Shown: positions 1 through 10,313 of the stretch, in pieces
Layout: each line of letters opens with the position of its first letter
Numbering within the stretch: position 1 is the stretch's first letter
Origin: Oculatellaceae cyanobacterium bins.114
GTDB taxonomy: Bacteria > Cyanobacteriota > Cyanobacteriia > Elainellales > Elainellaceae
Direction of reading: 5' to 3'
DNA length: 64,000 nt
Assembly: GCA_033764315.1 (NCBI GenBank)
Contig: JANRJA010000077.1
Location: 32,001 to 96,000, forward strand
Made by a program: the position numbers and the translations under genes
Notes under the pieces: model-generated
Told to the model about the DNA's origin: nothing
The model's input: the letters and a program-made list of their open reading frames with translations, nothing else
Databases searched by the model: none

Positions 1-223
1 TCGTCCAGTATATGGCGGCAGCACCCTGTTTCAGACCGACCCTCACTGGCATGATCTGATCTTGTTCTATGAATATTTTCATGGAGATAATGGGGCAGGC
101 ATTGGAGCTAGCCATCAAACCGGGTGGACAGGGTTGGTTGCCAAACTGATTCAACAGTGGGGCGAATATGAGGGGCAAGACAAATCACCAGACCTCCATT
201 TGGAGGAGGGGTTAGTGAACTAA
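1..223 (+). CDS. C-terminal fragment of a glucosidase (GH63/MGH1-like glycoside hydrolase); runs off the left edge
   Basis: Frame +2 is open from the edge: RPVYGG...[28 protein letters not shown]..., stop TAA at 221-223. This motif is typical of the family's C-terminus. Not in the ORF track. Confidence 0.8.
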   Translation, partial: RPVYGGSTLFQTDPHWHDLILFYEYFHGDNGAGIGASHQTGWTGLVAKLIQQWGEYEGQDKSPDLHLEEGLVN

Positions 224-372
224 TTTGCAATCACTGTCACCATAAAGAGAGAGAGTGTTGCTACAACCCAGTTACTACCAAGAGCGAGTTCTAGTGAACA
301 CTTTCTGCTCGAAGCTCCGTAAAATGAGCTTCTTACAGCTTCTTATGTCAACCATTTGTTGCTCTTGTTAGT

Positions 373-1812
373 ATGTCTGATTTGATTTTGTTTTGGCATC
401 GTCGCGATCTGCGGGTAACCGATAATATCGGGTTGGCAAACGCCCGTCAGCAAAGTTCTAAAGTTGTGGGGGTGTTTTGCTTAGATCCGGCAATTTTACA
501 GCGTGATGATGTGGCTCCTGCCAGAGTCACCTATATGATGGGCAGCTTAGAGGCGTTACAGTCTGCTTATACCCAAGCCGGGAGCCAACTGCTCATTTTG
601 TACGATGACCCGATTAAGGCACTTCCGACTCTAGCAACAACCCTCAATGCCAAAGGGGTTTACTTTAATTGGGATGTCGAACCCTACGCTAGAAGTCGCG
701 ATCGCGCCATACAGGAAGCCTTGAAAACCGCCGGAATCGCAACTCAAACCACATGGGATCAACTCCTCCATGCACCTGATGAGATTCGCTCTGGTTCTGG
801 TTCACCCTACACGGTTTACACTCCGTTTTGGCGCAACTGGAGCAGCCGACCCAAAGCTGATCCAGCTCTTGCTTTAGAGCAGGCAACGGGGTTGAACGAG
901 ACAGAGATGGAGTTAGCTAAAACAGCAGGGGCGATCGCCCTACCTTCAGCCAAAGATCTGGGCTTTGAGTGGACCAATGCTTTGTTGTTGGAACCAGGGG
1001 AACAGCCCGCTCAAGAACGGTTAGCTGAGTTTTGTCAACAGGCGATCGCGGACTATCAAGAACAGCGCAATTTTCCAGCAGTGGTGGGTACGTCTCATCT
1101 GAGTGCAGCGTTGAAATTTGGAGTAATTGGAGTTCGCACGGTGTGGGCAGCGACCGTTGAGGCAATGGAAAACAGTCGCAGCGATGAAACCCAAGATAGC
1201 ATTCGCACCTGGCGACAAGAACTGGCATGGCGGGAGTTTTATCAACACGTCATGTACTTCTTCCCAGAGTTGGCGGATGGGGCATATCGTGCCGCTTTCA
1301 AGAATTTTCCTTGGGAGAATAATCTTGACTATTTTCAGGCTTGGTGTGATGGCAAAACTGGGTATCCGATTGTGGATGCAGCGATGCGACAGATGAACCA
1401 GTTGGGCTGGATGCACAACCGTTGCCGCATGATTGTTGCCAGTTTTCTCACCAAGGATCTGCTGATCAATCCTCAGCTAGGAGAAAAATATTTCATGCAA
1501 AAGCTCTATGATGGCGACCTCTCTGCCAATAATGGCGGGTGGCAGTGGAGTGCCTCTAGCGGCATGGACCCTAAACCAGTGCGAATTTTTAACCCTGCTA
1601 GTCAAACTCAAAAGTTTGATGCTGAGGCAGATTACATTCGAGAGTGGCTCCCTGAGTTGAGAAGCTTAGACACTGAGGCGTTAGTCACCGGCAAGATTGC
1701 TCCTCTTGATCGTGAAGCCTGTGACTATCCAGCCCCAATTGTGGATCATCGAGAGCGACAACAACTCTTTAAGCAACGCTATAGCGAACAAAAGGCAGCC
1801 AGCAGTAGCTAA
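373..1812 (+). CDS. phr: Deoxyribodipyrimidine photolyase (class I CPD photolyase)
   Basis: WHRRDLRVTDN N-terminus; WREFY, GYPIVDAAMRQ, WMHNRCRMIVASFL and NNGGWQW FAD-binding motifs. Confidence 0.95.
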   Translation: MSDLILFWHRRDLRVTDNIGLANARQQSSKVVGVFCLDPAILQRDDVAPARVTYMMGSLEALQSAYTQAGSQLLILYDDPIKALPTLATTLNAKGVYFNWDVEPYARSRDRAIQEALKTAGIATQTTWDQLLHAPDEIRSGSGSPYTVYTPFWRNWSSRPKADPALALEQATGLNETEMELAKTAGAIALPSAKDLGFEWTNALLLEPGEQPAQERLAEFCQQAIADYQEQRNFPAVVGTSHLSAALKFGVIGVRTVWAATVEAMENSRSDETQDSIRTWRQELAWREFYQHVMYFFPELADGAYRAAFKNFPWENNLDYFQAWCDGKTGYPIVDAAMRQMNQLGWMHNRCRMIVASFLTKDLLINPQLGEKYFMQKLYDGDLSANNGGWQWSASSGMDPKPVRIFNPASQTQKFDAEADYIREWLPELRSLDTEALVTGKIAPLDREACDYPAPIVDHRERQQLFKQRYSEQKAASSS

Positions 1813-1820
1813 AGACTCAA

Positions 1821-1849
1821 AATTGCGGATTTTCTCAAAAGCCGCAATT
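1821..1849. terminator. Hairpin immediately after phr (small dispersed repeat or terminator)
   Basis: aattgcgg-attttctcaaaag-ccgcaatt; similar hairpins at 14250-14280 and 22811-22844. Confidence 0.45.
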
Positions 1850-1857
1850 CTCGTAGA

Positions 1858-2117
1858 TAACGTCAGTTCGGTTTAAGAGCCTAGCGAATAAATTCGCAGC
1901 TATCAGAGCGAAGTTCGCCTTCGCGAACTACGGAGAATCAAGGGTTGAGTGAGCCGACTCCTATAAAATCTGGCTAGTTGCTTACTAGTTACTTTCCTAC
2001 AGGCAAAGGTTTTAGCCTAGCCTTACAACAGGTAAGCAGCCAGATTTCATATCAGGTCGTTTTTGCTCCTGTAGTTGCGGTTTTAACCGCCAAATTCCTT
2101 ATCCCGAATTCACGTTA
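1858..2117. mobile_element. MITE family A copy 1 (167-bp family) carrying a nested ~90-bp element
   Basis: Near-identical to 5920-6086 and 18942-19108; terminal inverted repeats taacgtcagttcgg...ccgaattcacgtta. Confidence 0.85.
1962..2051. mobile_element. Nested mini-MITE inside family A copy 1
   Basis: Absent from the other two copies; own inverted ends tataaaatctggct...agccagatttcata. Confidence 0.75.
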
Positions 2118-2202
2118 AAGAAGTTGGAAGAAGCTTACCTCAACGGAGTGTGCTTCTTCCAACTCCCTAATCTCACAAATGATTTAGGACTGCTCTATAA
2201 CT

Positions 2203-3153
2203 CTAGCAATATAACGTCTGAACCCATTCCCACTCTTTTTCTAACCCATCTTTGAGAGACACCTGGGGTTGATAGCCAATTAGTTTTTGGGCTTTCGACA
2301 CATCAGCACTGGTGTGTCGAGCATCTCCCATCGCTTTCTCAACGTGGTTGCGCTTAATCGGTTTGCCGACGATCGCCTCCATCGTATCGAGCACCTCAGT
2401 CAAGACCACGCGGCTTCCGCCACCGACGTTAAAGATTTCACCAACCGCATCTGGAGCAGTGGCAGCCGCCAAGTTAGCGGCGATCGCATCACTAACAAAG
2501 GTAAAATCACGAGTTTGTTGACCATCGCCGTAGACAGGGATGGCTTGGTCTTCAATCACCGCCTTAAAGAACTTGTGGAATGCCATGTCTGGACGCTGAC
2601 GTGGACCATACACGGTGAAGTAGCGCAACGCCGTCACAGGAACATCAAAGTTGTAGTAATACAACCAACACAACCGCTCTGCTGCCAGTTTGGTAATGCC
2701 ATAAGGAGACACAGGCTGTGGGCAGGTTGTTTCAGACGTTGGCATGGTTTCAGCATTGCCATACACCGACGAAGTAGAAGCAAAAACCAGCCGCTTAAGC
2801 TGTTTGGCATCTTTAGCTGCTTCTAAAATCACCTGCGTGGCATTGATATTACGCTCTGTGTAAGCCCGAAATCCAGCCCCCCAGCTTGCTCTAACTCCGG
2901 CTTGAGCCGCCTGATGATAGATCACTTCAACCCCTTCAAGTAAAGCATTCCAGTCGAGTGTCTGAATATCACTTTCAAATAGTTTAAAGTTGGGGTGACT
3001 TAAAAAAGGAGCAACATTTTTGCGCTTGAGGGCAACGTCATAGTAATCATTGAATTGGTCAACCCCTATGACAGTTTTGCCTTGAGAAAGCAATGATTCG
3101 ACCAGATGAGAACCAATAAACCCTGCAACGCCAGTAACAATAACGCTATTCAT
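2203..3153 (-). CDS. NAD-dependent epimerase/dehydratase (UDP-sugar 4-epimerase family)
   Basis: TGVAGFIG, STSSVYG, YGITK (YxxxK), YFTVYGPRQRPDM. Confidence 0.92.
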   Translation of the reverse strand: MNSVIVTGVAGFIGSHLVESLLSQGKTVIGVDQFNDYYDVALKRKNVAPFLSHPNFKLFESDIQTLDWNALLEGVEVIYHQAAQAGVRASWGAGFRAYTERNINATQVILEAAKDAKQLKRLVFASTSSVYGNAETMPTSETTCPQPVSPYGITKLAAERLCWLYYYNFDVPVTALRYFTVYGPRQRPDMAFHKFFKAVIEDQAIPVYGDGQQTRDFTFVSDAIAANLAAATAPDAVGEIFNVGGGSRVVLTEVLDTMEAIVGKPIKRNHVEKAMGDARHTSADVSKAQKLIGYQPQVSLKDGLEKEWEWVQTLYC

Positions 3154-3203
3154 GGAATGCCAGCCAAGTAACTACAAATTGAACGAAAAGAACGAAAAAT
3201 AAA

Positions 3204-3980
3204 CTAGAGATAGTAGAAGCTGAAATTTGTTAATGCTAGTAACCGAGTTTTATTCAAACGGTAATGATAGCCCATGCGCCGCGAAATTTTTTCCCACCGA
3301 GTTCGCCCTTTCTTTTGATATGAAGCATCAATATGCTTTCTCGCATTATCAATTTCGTCGATTTGTTGGTCATGAATGATTGGGAAACCTGCCTTAAAAG
3401 CCGCTAAGCCAATTGCAATGCCGCTACCAGCATGAACATTTTGTAGCTCTAAATAGCGACCAATCATGCCCCAATATTTTAGAAACTCTCTTTCTTTACC
3501 CTGATTTTTTCTCACTACAAAAAGGGATTCTCCGACGTAAGTCACATCTTTAGGATTGATATCCAGCTTTGCAGCCACTTTTTCAACCGCTGATAACCGC
3601 TCTGGATTGTATTGACTCACATGCTCTACTAGATTTTCTTGATGGCGCGCTGTTAAGCCACCCTGCCAAATCAATTGGGGTGAAATTGCAGCCGTAATTT
3701 TAGTATCAGCATCAATCAAGATAGCGGCATCAAACTGATCTAAAGCTCTTTCAATAGGAAATCGTTTGTCGTGATAGCAGTGTAAAATTCCCTGTTGTTG
3801 ATGTTGAAATGCTAAAACGTTTCGGTTATTAGCAAAGTCTTTGGGTTCATCTGTTAAGACAACTAACTGAATGCCGGGAGCAAACTGCTCTAAGTTTTCA
3901 GCCAATTGTTGGGTTAGCAGACGATATTTAGGTCGTAACGCTAAGGTGCAAAAGCAAAATGTTTCTGGGGTCGCACTCAT
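3204..3980 (-). CDS. Hypothetical protein, possible GT-A glycosyltransferase-like
   Basis: 258-aa ORF with LIDAD (DxD) after a beta-strand and VLTD; co-oriented with the sugar epimerase. Confidence 0.55.
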   Translation of the reverse strand: MSATPETFCFCTLALRPKYRLLTQQLAENLEQFAPGIQLVVLTDEPKDFANNRNVLAFQHQQQGILHCYHDKRFPIERALDQFDAAILIDADTKITAAISPQLIWQGGLTARHQENLVEHVSQYNPERLSAVEKVAAKLDINPKDVTYVGESLFVVRKNQGKEREFLKYWGMIGRYLELQNVHAGSGIAIGLAAFKAGFPIIHDQQIDEIDNARKHIDASYQKKGRTRWEKISRRMGYHYRLNKTRLLALTNFSFYYL

Positions 3981-4118
3981 TGGTCGAAACCTTGATAATT
4001 TGAAGACATATTAGAAACTGTAATCATTCACACCCTCACTATTTTTCTAAAGAAATGAGTTAAAACAGGAACAAATGGAAGGTTGCAGATTTGCTGTGAT
4101 GATCTATGTTCGACTGAG

Positions 4119-4205
4119 CTATAACCGTCCTCAATCAGTGAAGATGGGCGGATTGTGAGATGGGCGGATTGTGAGAGGCGCACCCCTTTTTGGGGATTGC
4201 CCTAT
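4119..4205. repeat. Degenerate copy of MITE family C with an internal 16-bp tandem duplication
   Basis: Shares ttgtgagaggcgcaccc...gggattgc with 26410-26480; (gatgggcggattgtga)x2. Confidence 0.55.
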
Positions 4206-4707
4206 CAATTAGATCTAGAGGTTTTGTACTCAATGGGTTTGGGGGTCGATGTACTGCGAATGCTATCTTTGATTGCTGAAAACGGACAACTATCTTTGGC
4301 TTGCCACATTGAATCTTAAAGTAGCTTCTCTTCTAATTCCCTCTGGCTTCATTTGTTTTTCACATTGGATGTCTAAAGTTGTACCCATCCTAAACCGTTT
4401 TACTGAGGTTGCCCCTATTGCAGTGTCAACCCATCCATGAAGTATTGGTTTACCTGACTCCGTATAACCTCGATTGCCAAATTTCAGGGTTATGCTCTAA
4501 TAAGGCTCAAATTTTAGGGAGCGATCGCCACAGTTTCGTCAGTCTCATCTGAGTCAGAGCATTGCAGGGAGCTACCACCTTACGTCAGTTGTAAACGGCT
4601 TGCGACTCCGAGCAGGAGTTTCGCTCGTGCTGCATGGGATATTCGACATCGGATATTCAGCCATTGCAGGGACAGCTACTCCTCTATTCAAGTGGTTAAA
4701 TTTCGTC

Positions 4708-5751
4708 ATGCATAGCTTTGGGCAGAATAAAACTCCATTAATTTTGGTGGTCGATGACCAAAAAATGTTGCGTCTAACATTGCGGCGATCGCTCGAAAAA
4801 GAAAGTTATCGAGTGATTGAAGCGAGTAATGGGGCCGAGTGTTTGGCTCTGTGGCAGCCGCAGGGGTTGTTATTTGAGGAGGTGGAGCAACGCCCAGACG
4901 TTATTTTGCTCGACGCCATCATGCCTCAAATGGATGGCTTTGCCTGTTGCGCTCAACTGCATGCCACCCTCGGCGATCGCTGCCCTCCCATCTTGATGAT
5001 TACAGCTCTCGACGATGAAAAGTCAGTGGATTGGGCATTTGAGGTGGGGGCAACCGATTACATCACCAAACCTATTCATTGGGCAGTGCTGCGGCAGCGA
5101 GTGCGACGATTGCTGCATGCTCAGTGGGCAATGGAAGAACAACAACGGCTGCTATCTGAGTTGCGGGCGACGATGGCGCACGAGCGTTTATTAAAAGAGC
5201 AGTTAGAGGTGGCCAATCACAAATTAGAACGCCTAGCCTCGAGTGATGGGCTAACGCAACTTGCCAATCGTCGTTCATTTGATTTGTCCTTGCAACAGGA
5301 ATGGCAACGGCTCATCCGAGAACAAGTTCCCTTGACCTTGGTGTTATGTGATATCGATTACTTCAAAGCTTACAACGATAGCTATGGGCACATTGCAGGC
5401 GACGAGTGTTTACGACAAGTGGCCGCGTTGTTGCGTGATGTGGTCAAACGCCCCGCTGATTTAGTAGCACGCTATGGCGGAGAAGAGTTTGCCCTGATTT
5501 TGCCCAACACTGGTTTAGATGGGGCAATCCGCTTGGTAGAGGCGATTCAAACTCAACTCCGTCGCAAGGCGATCGCCCATGCTGGGTCATCGGTCAACTC
5601 GATTGTCACGATTAGTATGGGGATTGCTAGTGCGGTTCCTCACGCAAAACTGTCACCTCATGAATTGGTAGATCAGGCCGATCAAGCCTTATATCGAGCG
5701 AAGTTGCAGGGCCGGGATCGCTATTGCGTGTTTCAACGAGTGCAATTGTAA
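4708..5751 (+). CDS. PleD-like response regulator / diguanylate cyclase (REC-coiled coil-GGDEF)
   Basis: LVVDD, LLDAIMP, KP receiver motifs; RPAD I-site and RYGGEEF; ATG at 4708 preferred over TTG at 4600. Confidence 0.9.
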   Translation: MHSFGQNKTPLILVVDDQKMLRLTLRRSLEKESYRVIEASNGAECLALWQPQGLLFEEVEQRPDVILLDAIMPQMDGFACCAQLHATLGDRCPPILMITALDDEKSVDWAFEVGATDYITKPIHWAVLRQRVRRLLHAQWAMEEQQRLLSELRATMAHERLLKEQLEVANHKLERLASSDGLTQLANRRSFDLSLQQEWQRLIREQVPLTLVLCDIDYFKAYNDSYGHIAGDECLRQVAALLRDVVKRPADLVARYGGEEFALILPNTGLDGAIRLVEAIQTQLRRKAIAHAGSSVNSIVTISMGIASAVPHAKLSPHELVDQADQALYRAKLQGRDRYCVFQRVQL

Positions 5752-5919
5752 GTGGAGGACGGAGAGTAGGCAGGGGGTGAGAGTGTGAAGGGGTAAAAAG
5801 TCTTGCATCCTCTCGTTACGTCACCTTTTATAGCAATACAAGGTTGGGGTAAAGTATGAAACCCAACATCTGCATGGGTTACGCTAACGCATCCCAATAT
5901 TTAAATCAGTCCACCTACT

Positions 5920-6086
5920 TAACGTCAGTTCGGTTTAAGAGCCTAGCGAATAAATTCGCAGCTATCAGAGCGAAGTTCGCCTTCGCGAACTACAGGAAAT
6001 CAAGGGTTGAGTGAACCGACGCAGGTCGGTTTTGCTCCTGTAGTTGCGGTTTCAACCGCCAAAATCCTGATCCCGAATTGACGTTA
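5920..6086. mobile_element. MITE family A copy 2 (167 bp)
   Basis: Terminal inverted repeats taacgtcagttcgg/ccgaattgacgtta; its terminal tta is the coaX stop codon. Confidence 0.85.
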
Positions 6087-6875
6087 CTTACATGTAGCCG
6101 CGATGCCCTTTAGAACCAAATCAGCATCCCAATGGAGTCCAACGAACTCGTCTGGATAGAGGTTTTGCAAGGCGTGATGCAGCAGTGAACTGTCGCCTCC
6201 GGTGAGGGCGATCGCACTGGTGGGGTGTTGTTGGAGCCAAGCCACTGTGAACTCTCGGATGCTAGCCAGAGCAGTGTATAGCACTCCACTGCGAATGGCA
6301 TCGGGGGTATTGGTTGCCCAACGAGTTGGGAGATCAGTAAATTGAGGCGTGATAGGGGGTAGGGCAGCGGTGTGCTGTGAGAGCGATCGCATTTGTAGTT
6401 GCAGCCCAGGCAGAATGGCTCCCCCCACAAGCTGCTGATCGGCGTTTGCTCCGGTAAAGGTCAATGCAGTTCCGGCATCAATCACCAGGGCAGGTGCTCC
6501 CCATTGGGCGATCGCTCCCCTCAGTGCCAGTGCCCGATCGATCCCCAAGCTGGCATAGAGTCCTTGCAACGAAATGTCAGCCAGAGTCAGCAGATGAGCA
6601 TGGGAATAGACTTGCCAAAGAGCCGTTTGGGTCGGGACAACGGAGGCGATCCATAAATCGGGGGAGTGCAGATGCAGAGCGTCGGGCAGGGTGAGTTGGC
6701 TGGTCTGGGAGAGGGCAGTCAGGGTCAACTGAGTGTCGATCAGATGGGCGATCGCTTCGGCATTAAAATGGGGTGTATCCCAGGCATATTGCAAAGTTTT
6801 TTCAGTGAAGACTCCCCAGTGCAAGCGAGAATTGCCAATCATCAGGGCAATCCAGGAGGAGGGATCGGCAGTCAT
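6084..6875 (-). CDS. coaX: Type III pantothenate kinase
   Basis: IGNSRLHW, ASVVP, LGIDR, VIDAGTALT, GGAILPG, LTGGD; ATG at 6875 overlaps the miaA stop (ATGA). Confidence 0.9.
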   Translation of the reverse strand: MTADPSSWIALMIGNSRLHWGVFTEKTLQYAWDTPHFNAEAIAHLIDTQLTLTALSQTSQLTLPDALHLHSPDLWIASVVPTQTALWQVYSHAHLLTLADISLQGLYASLGIDRALALRGAIAQWGAPALVIDAGTALTFTGANADQQLVGGAILPGLQLQMRSLSQHTAALPPITPQFTDLPTRWATNTPDAIRSGVLYTALASIREFTVAWLQQHPTSAIALTGGDSSLLHHALQNLYPDEFVGLHWDADLVLKGIAATCK

Positions 6876-7915
6876 GTCTGGTGCTCCGCTGAATCTGCCG
6901 CTGCGGCTAAAAACGGTTGGACTCGCTCCCACACCCGTTCAAACAAGTGGGGATCATCTGAGTCGAACCACTGAATGGTCTTATCTGCCCGAAACCAAGT
7001 ACGCTGGCGTTTGGCAAACTGACGAGTATGCACAACAATCTGGGCGATCGCCTCTGTGAGTGAGAGGTCTCCTGTCAGGTACGGCTTGATCTCGGCGTAC
7101 CCCAGGGTGTTGAGCAACGGCAAATCAACTCCATATTTGTCGCATAACTGTTGCACCTCATCCACAAAGCCCGCTGCAATCATCTGTTGGGTTCGTTGCT
7201 CAATGCGATGGGTTAGAGGATCGGTCTCGGCAGAACTCAGGCAGTCTAAGCCAATTTGTAGAATGGGATAGCAGGGGGGATCTTCTCCCTGTTGCTGAGA
7301 CAGCGGTTGCCCGGTGGTGTAAAACACTTCTAACGCCCGCAGTGTGCGGACTTCGTCATTAGGGTGAATTTTGTCAGCTGAGGGGGGATCAACTTGCTGC
7401 AAAAAGACGTAACACTGGCTCTGTCCCATTTGTTTTAGTTGCGATCGCAATTCAGCTTGAGGAGGGACTCTGGGGATCTTTAATCCTTGAACAATGGAGC
7501 GAATATAAAGTCCAGTCCCCCCAACCAGCAGGGGAATGGGTTGATGGGTTGATGGGTGAGAGGCAGCTTTTAATGTTGAGTTTTGAGTTTTGAGTTTTGA
7601 GTTTTGAATGACCTCTTCCTCACTCCCGACTCTCGGCACGGACTGATGTAACTGCTGAATCACCTGTTGTGCCTGATGCTGATACTCTGCCACTGTAAAG
7701 GTCTCTGTGGGATCGCAAATATCAATGAAATAGTGAGGCACTTGGGTTTGCTCCATCGGGGTTGGTTTTGCTGTGCCGATGTCAAATTCACGATAGACTT
7801 GGCGAGAATCGGCACTCAAAATGACTGCATTGAGCTGCTGTGCCAACTTCAACGCTAAACCTGATTTTCCACTTGCCGTTGGGCCACAAATAACGATTAA
7901 AATAGGAACAGGAAT
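6872..7915 (-). CDS. miaA: tRNA dimethylallyltransferase; start uncertain (no ATG/GTG/TTG upstream of the P-loop)
   Basis: ICGPTASGKS lies in frame upstream of the track start; SADSRQVY, DIGTAKP, VGGTGLY, FAKRQRTWF. Confidence 0.92.
   Translation of the reverse strand: MPVPILIVICGPTASGKSGLALKLAQQLNAVILSADSRQVYREFDIGTAKPTPMEQTQVPHYFIDICDPTETFTVAEYQHQAQQVIQQLHQSVPRVGSEEEVIQNSKLKTQNSTLKAASHPSTHQPIPLLVGGTGLYIRSIVQGLKIPRVPPQAELRSQLKQMGQSQCYVFLQQVDPPSADKIHPNDEVRTLRALEVFYTTGQPLSQQQGEDPPCYPILQIGLDCLSSAETDPLTHRIEQRTQQMIAAGFVDEVQQLCDKYGVDLPLLNTLGYAEIKPYLTGDLSLTEAIAQIVVHTRQFAKRQRTWFRADKTIQWFDSDDPHLFERVWERVQPFLAAAADSAEHQT
7535..7610. repeat. Short tandem repeats (gttttga heptamer and gatgggtt octamer) in frame within miaA
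   Basis: Encode QNSKLKTQNSTLK and HPSTHQP. Confidence 0.8.
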
Positions 7916-8202
7916 ATTTAGTACAAACGTATTTGAACTCCAAAATTATAGAACGGAGACTCTAGATGTTTAAAGAGGCAGTTGATTACCCTCTTCAAAA
8001 CTACTTAATACTCGGTTTTGCGATCGACGAGTGACAAGCAACGAGTTGCCAGGATGAGGAACTTTGTGATCCATCCCGACTACGATTTTCACTCAAAACC
8101 GCCTTAAAACCGCTCCAGAGCCATTTGTGCTATAATTTTGGTGTGTTTTGATGTTCTGAAGTTAATCGGGCTTTAAGCCAAGCTACAGGAGTGACCCTAT
8201 TC

Positions 8203-10140
8203 ATGACAAATAGTTACGGTGCTGATCAAATTCAAGTCCTGGAAGGAGTCAATCACGTTCGTGCACGTCCAGGCATGTATATTGGCAGCACTGGACCAAG
8301 AGGACTGCACCATTTAGTCTATGAAGTCGTCGATAACTCTGTTGATGAAGCACTCGCAGGATATTGTAAACGAATTCAGGTGACGTTATACGCTGATGGG
8401 TCTGCCAGCATTACAGATGACGGGCGAGGCATTCCAACCGATATTCACCCTCATTCCAAAAAGTCTGCTCTAGAAACGGTCATGACTGTGCTTGGTGCCG
8501 GGGGCAAGTTTGGTGGGGGCGGCTATAAAGTGTCGGGGGGCTTGCACGGGGTTGGTATCTCTGTCGTTAACGCCCTCTCAGAATGGGTTGAAGTCACGGT
8601 TTGGCGCGATAAAAAAGTTCATACGCAGCGTTATGAACGCGGAGTGCCAGTCACTGAATTGCAAGTTAAGCCTGACTCTCAAAATCGTACGGGCACATCG
8701 GTTGTGTTTAAGCCCGACACCAAAATTTTTACGACTACCACTGAGTTTGACTATGCCACCCTGTCGGGTCGATTGAGAGAGTTGGCATACCTCAACGCTG
8801 GGGTTGAGATTCTGTTTACCGACAATCGCTTAGAGTTGCTCAAGAGCGATGAACCCAGAGTCGATCGCTACTACTATGCAGGCGGCATCCGAGAGTATGT
8901 CTCCTATATGAATATTGATAAGCAACCGCTGCACGACGAGATTGTTTTTGTTCAAGGCGAGCGCAACAATGTTCAAGTTGAGGTGGCGTTGCAATGGTGT
9001 GTCGATGCTTATAACGACAACCTTTTAGGGTTTGCTAACAACATTCGCACGATCGATGGTGGCACCCATTTAGAAGGTCTAAAAGCGGTGTTGACCCGCA
9101 CGATGAACTCTCTGGCGCGTAAACGCAACAAGCTAAAAGAGAATGAATCAAACCTGGCAGGGGAAAATATCCGCGAGGGTTTAACGGGTGTCATCTCTGT
9201 GAAGGTACCTGACCCTGAGTTTGAAGGACAAACCAAAACGAAACTGGGTAATACTGAAGTTCGAGGAATTGTTGATTCGTTGGTGGGTGAAGCCCTAACG
9301 GAATATTTAGATTTTCGCCCAGCGGTGGCAGATGCCATTTTAGAGAAAGCGATCGAAGCCTTTAAAGCAGCAGAGGCAGCCCGTAAAGCTCGTGAATTGG
9401 TGCGTCGTAAGTCGGTACTAGAGTCGTCTACGCTGCCTGGTAAGTTGGCGGATTGCAGTTCTCGTGACCCGAGTGAGTCTGAAATCTTTATTGTGGAAGG
9501 AGACTCAGCAGGTGGGAGTGCTAAACAAGGACGCGATCGCCGTTTTCAAGCGATTTTGCCCTTGCGAGGCAAGATTCTCAACATTGAGAAAACTGACGAT
9601 GCCAAGATCTACAAGAACACTGAAATTCAAGCCCTGATTACAGCCTTGGGATTGGGGATTAAAGGCGAAGAATTTGACTCGTCGCAATTGCGCTATCACC
9701 GCATTGTCATCATGACCGATGCGGATGTCGATGGTGCTCACATTCGGACGTTGCTGCTCACCTTCTTCTATCGCTATCAGCGGTCAATGGTCGATCAGGG
9801 TTTTGTCTACATCGCCTGCCCACCGCTCTATAAAATTGAGCGAGGACGCAATCACTACTATTGCTATAGCGATCGCGAACGGGATCAGATCATCGCTGGG
9901 TTCCCTGAAAATGCCAAGATCGAGATCCAACGATTTAAAGGTCTGGGTGAAATGATGCCCCAGCAACTTTGGGATACGACGATGAACCCAGAGACCCGCA
10001 CCTTTAAACGGATCGAAATTGAAGATGCGGCAGAAGCCGATCGCATTTTTACCGTGTTAATGGGCGATCGCGTAGCCCCCCGTCGGGAGTTTATCGAAAC
10101 CTATGGATCGCGATTAAACCTGGCTGATCTGGATATTTAA
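8203..10140 (+). CDS. gyrB: DNA gyrase subunit B
   Basis: [56 protein letters not shown]. Confidence 0.97.
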   Translation: MTNSYGADQIQVLEGVNHVRARPGMYIGSTGPRGLHHLVYEVVDNSVDEALAGYCKRIQVTLYADGSASITDDGRGIPTDIHPHSKKSALETVMTVLGAGGKFGGGGYKVSGGLHGVGISVVNALSEWVEVTVWRDKKVHTQRYERGVPVTELQVKPDSQNRTGTSVVFKPDTKIFTTTTEFDYATLSGRLRELAYLNAGVEILFTDNRLELLKSDEPRVDRYYYAGGIREYVSYMNIDKQPLHDEIVFVQGERNNVQVEVALQWCVDAYNDNLLGFANNIRTIDGGTHLEGLKAVLTRTMNSLARKRNKLKENESNLAGENIREGLTGVISVKVPDPEFEGQTKTKLGNTEVRGIVDSLVGEALTEYLDFRPAVADAILEKAIEAFKAAEAARKARELVRRKSVLESSTLPGKLADCSSRDPSESEIFIVEGDSAGGSAKQGRDRRFQAILPLRGKILNIEKTDDAKIYKNTEIQALITALGLGIKGEEFDSSQLRYHRIVIMTDADVDGAHIRTLLLTFFYRYQRSMVDQGFVYIACPPLYKIERGRNHYYCYSDRERDQIIAGFPENAKIEIQRFKGLGEMMPQQLWDTTMNPETRTFKRIEIEDAAEADRIFTVLMGDRVAPRREFIETYGSRLNLADLDI

Positions 10141-10193
10141 GGCTTCCAGATTTTTTCACTTACAGCGGTTGCCGCTTGAATAAGCCACAAATT

Positions 10194-10263
10194 GCAGGGT
10201 GGGCATCGCCCACAAAGCTTCATAGTCAAGGCTTTTGGGGAATGTGGGCAGTGCCCACCCTGC
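10194..10263. repeat. Palindromic small dispersed repeat
   Basis: gcagggtgggca...tgcccaccctgc with internal gtgggca/gcccac hairpins. Confidence 0.6.
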
Positions 10264-10313
10264 CGAGAATCTGCATCCAGTCAACCCAGTTGAGCAATTA
10301 CGGGGAATTAGTT

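Noticed and set aside
10176-10313. N-terminal extensions in the ORF track (Uma2 here; also 4600, 14202, 15572, 42455, 49845)
   Set aside because: They run through repeats or overlap neighbours; downstream ATGs fit the family N-termini
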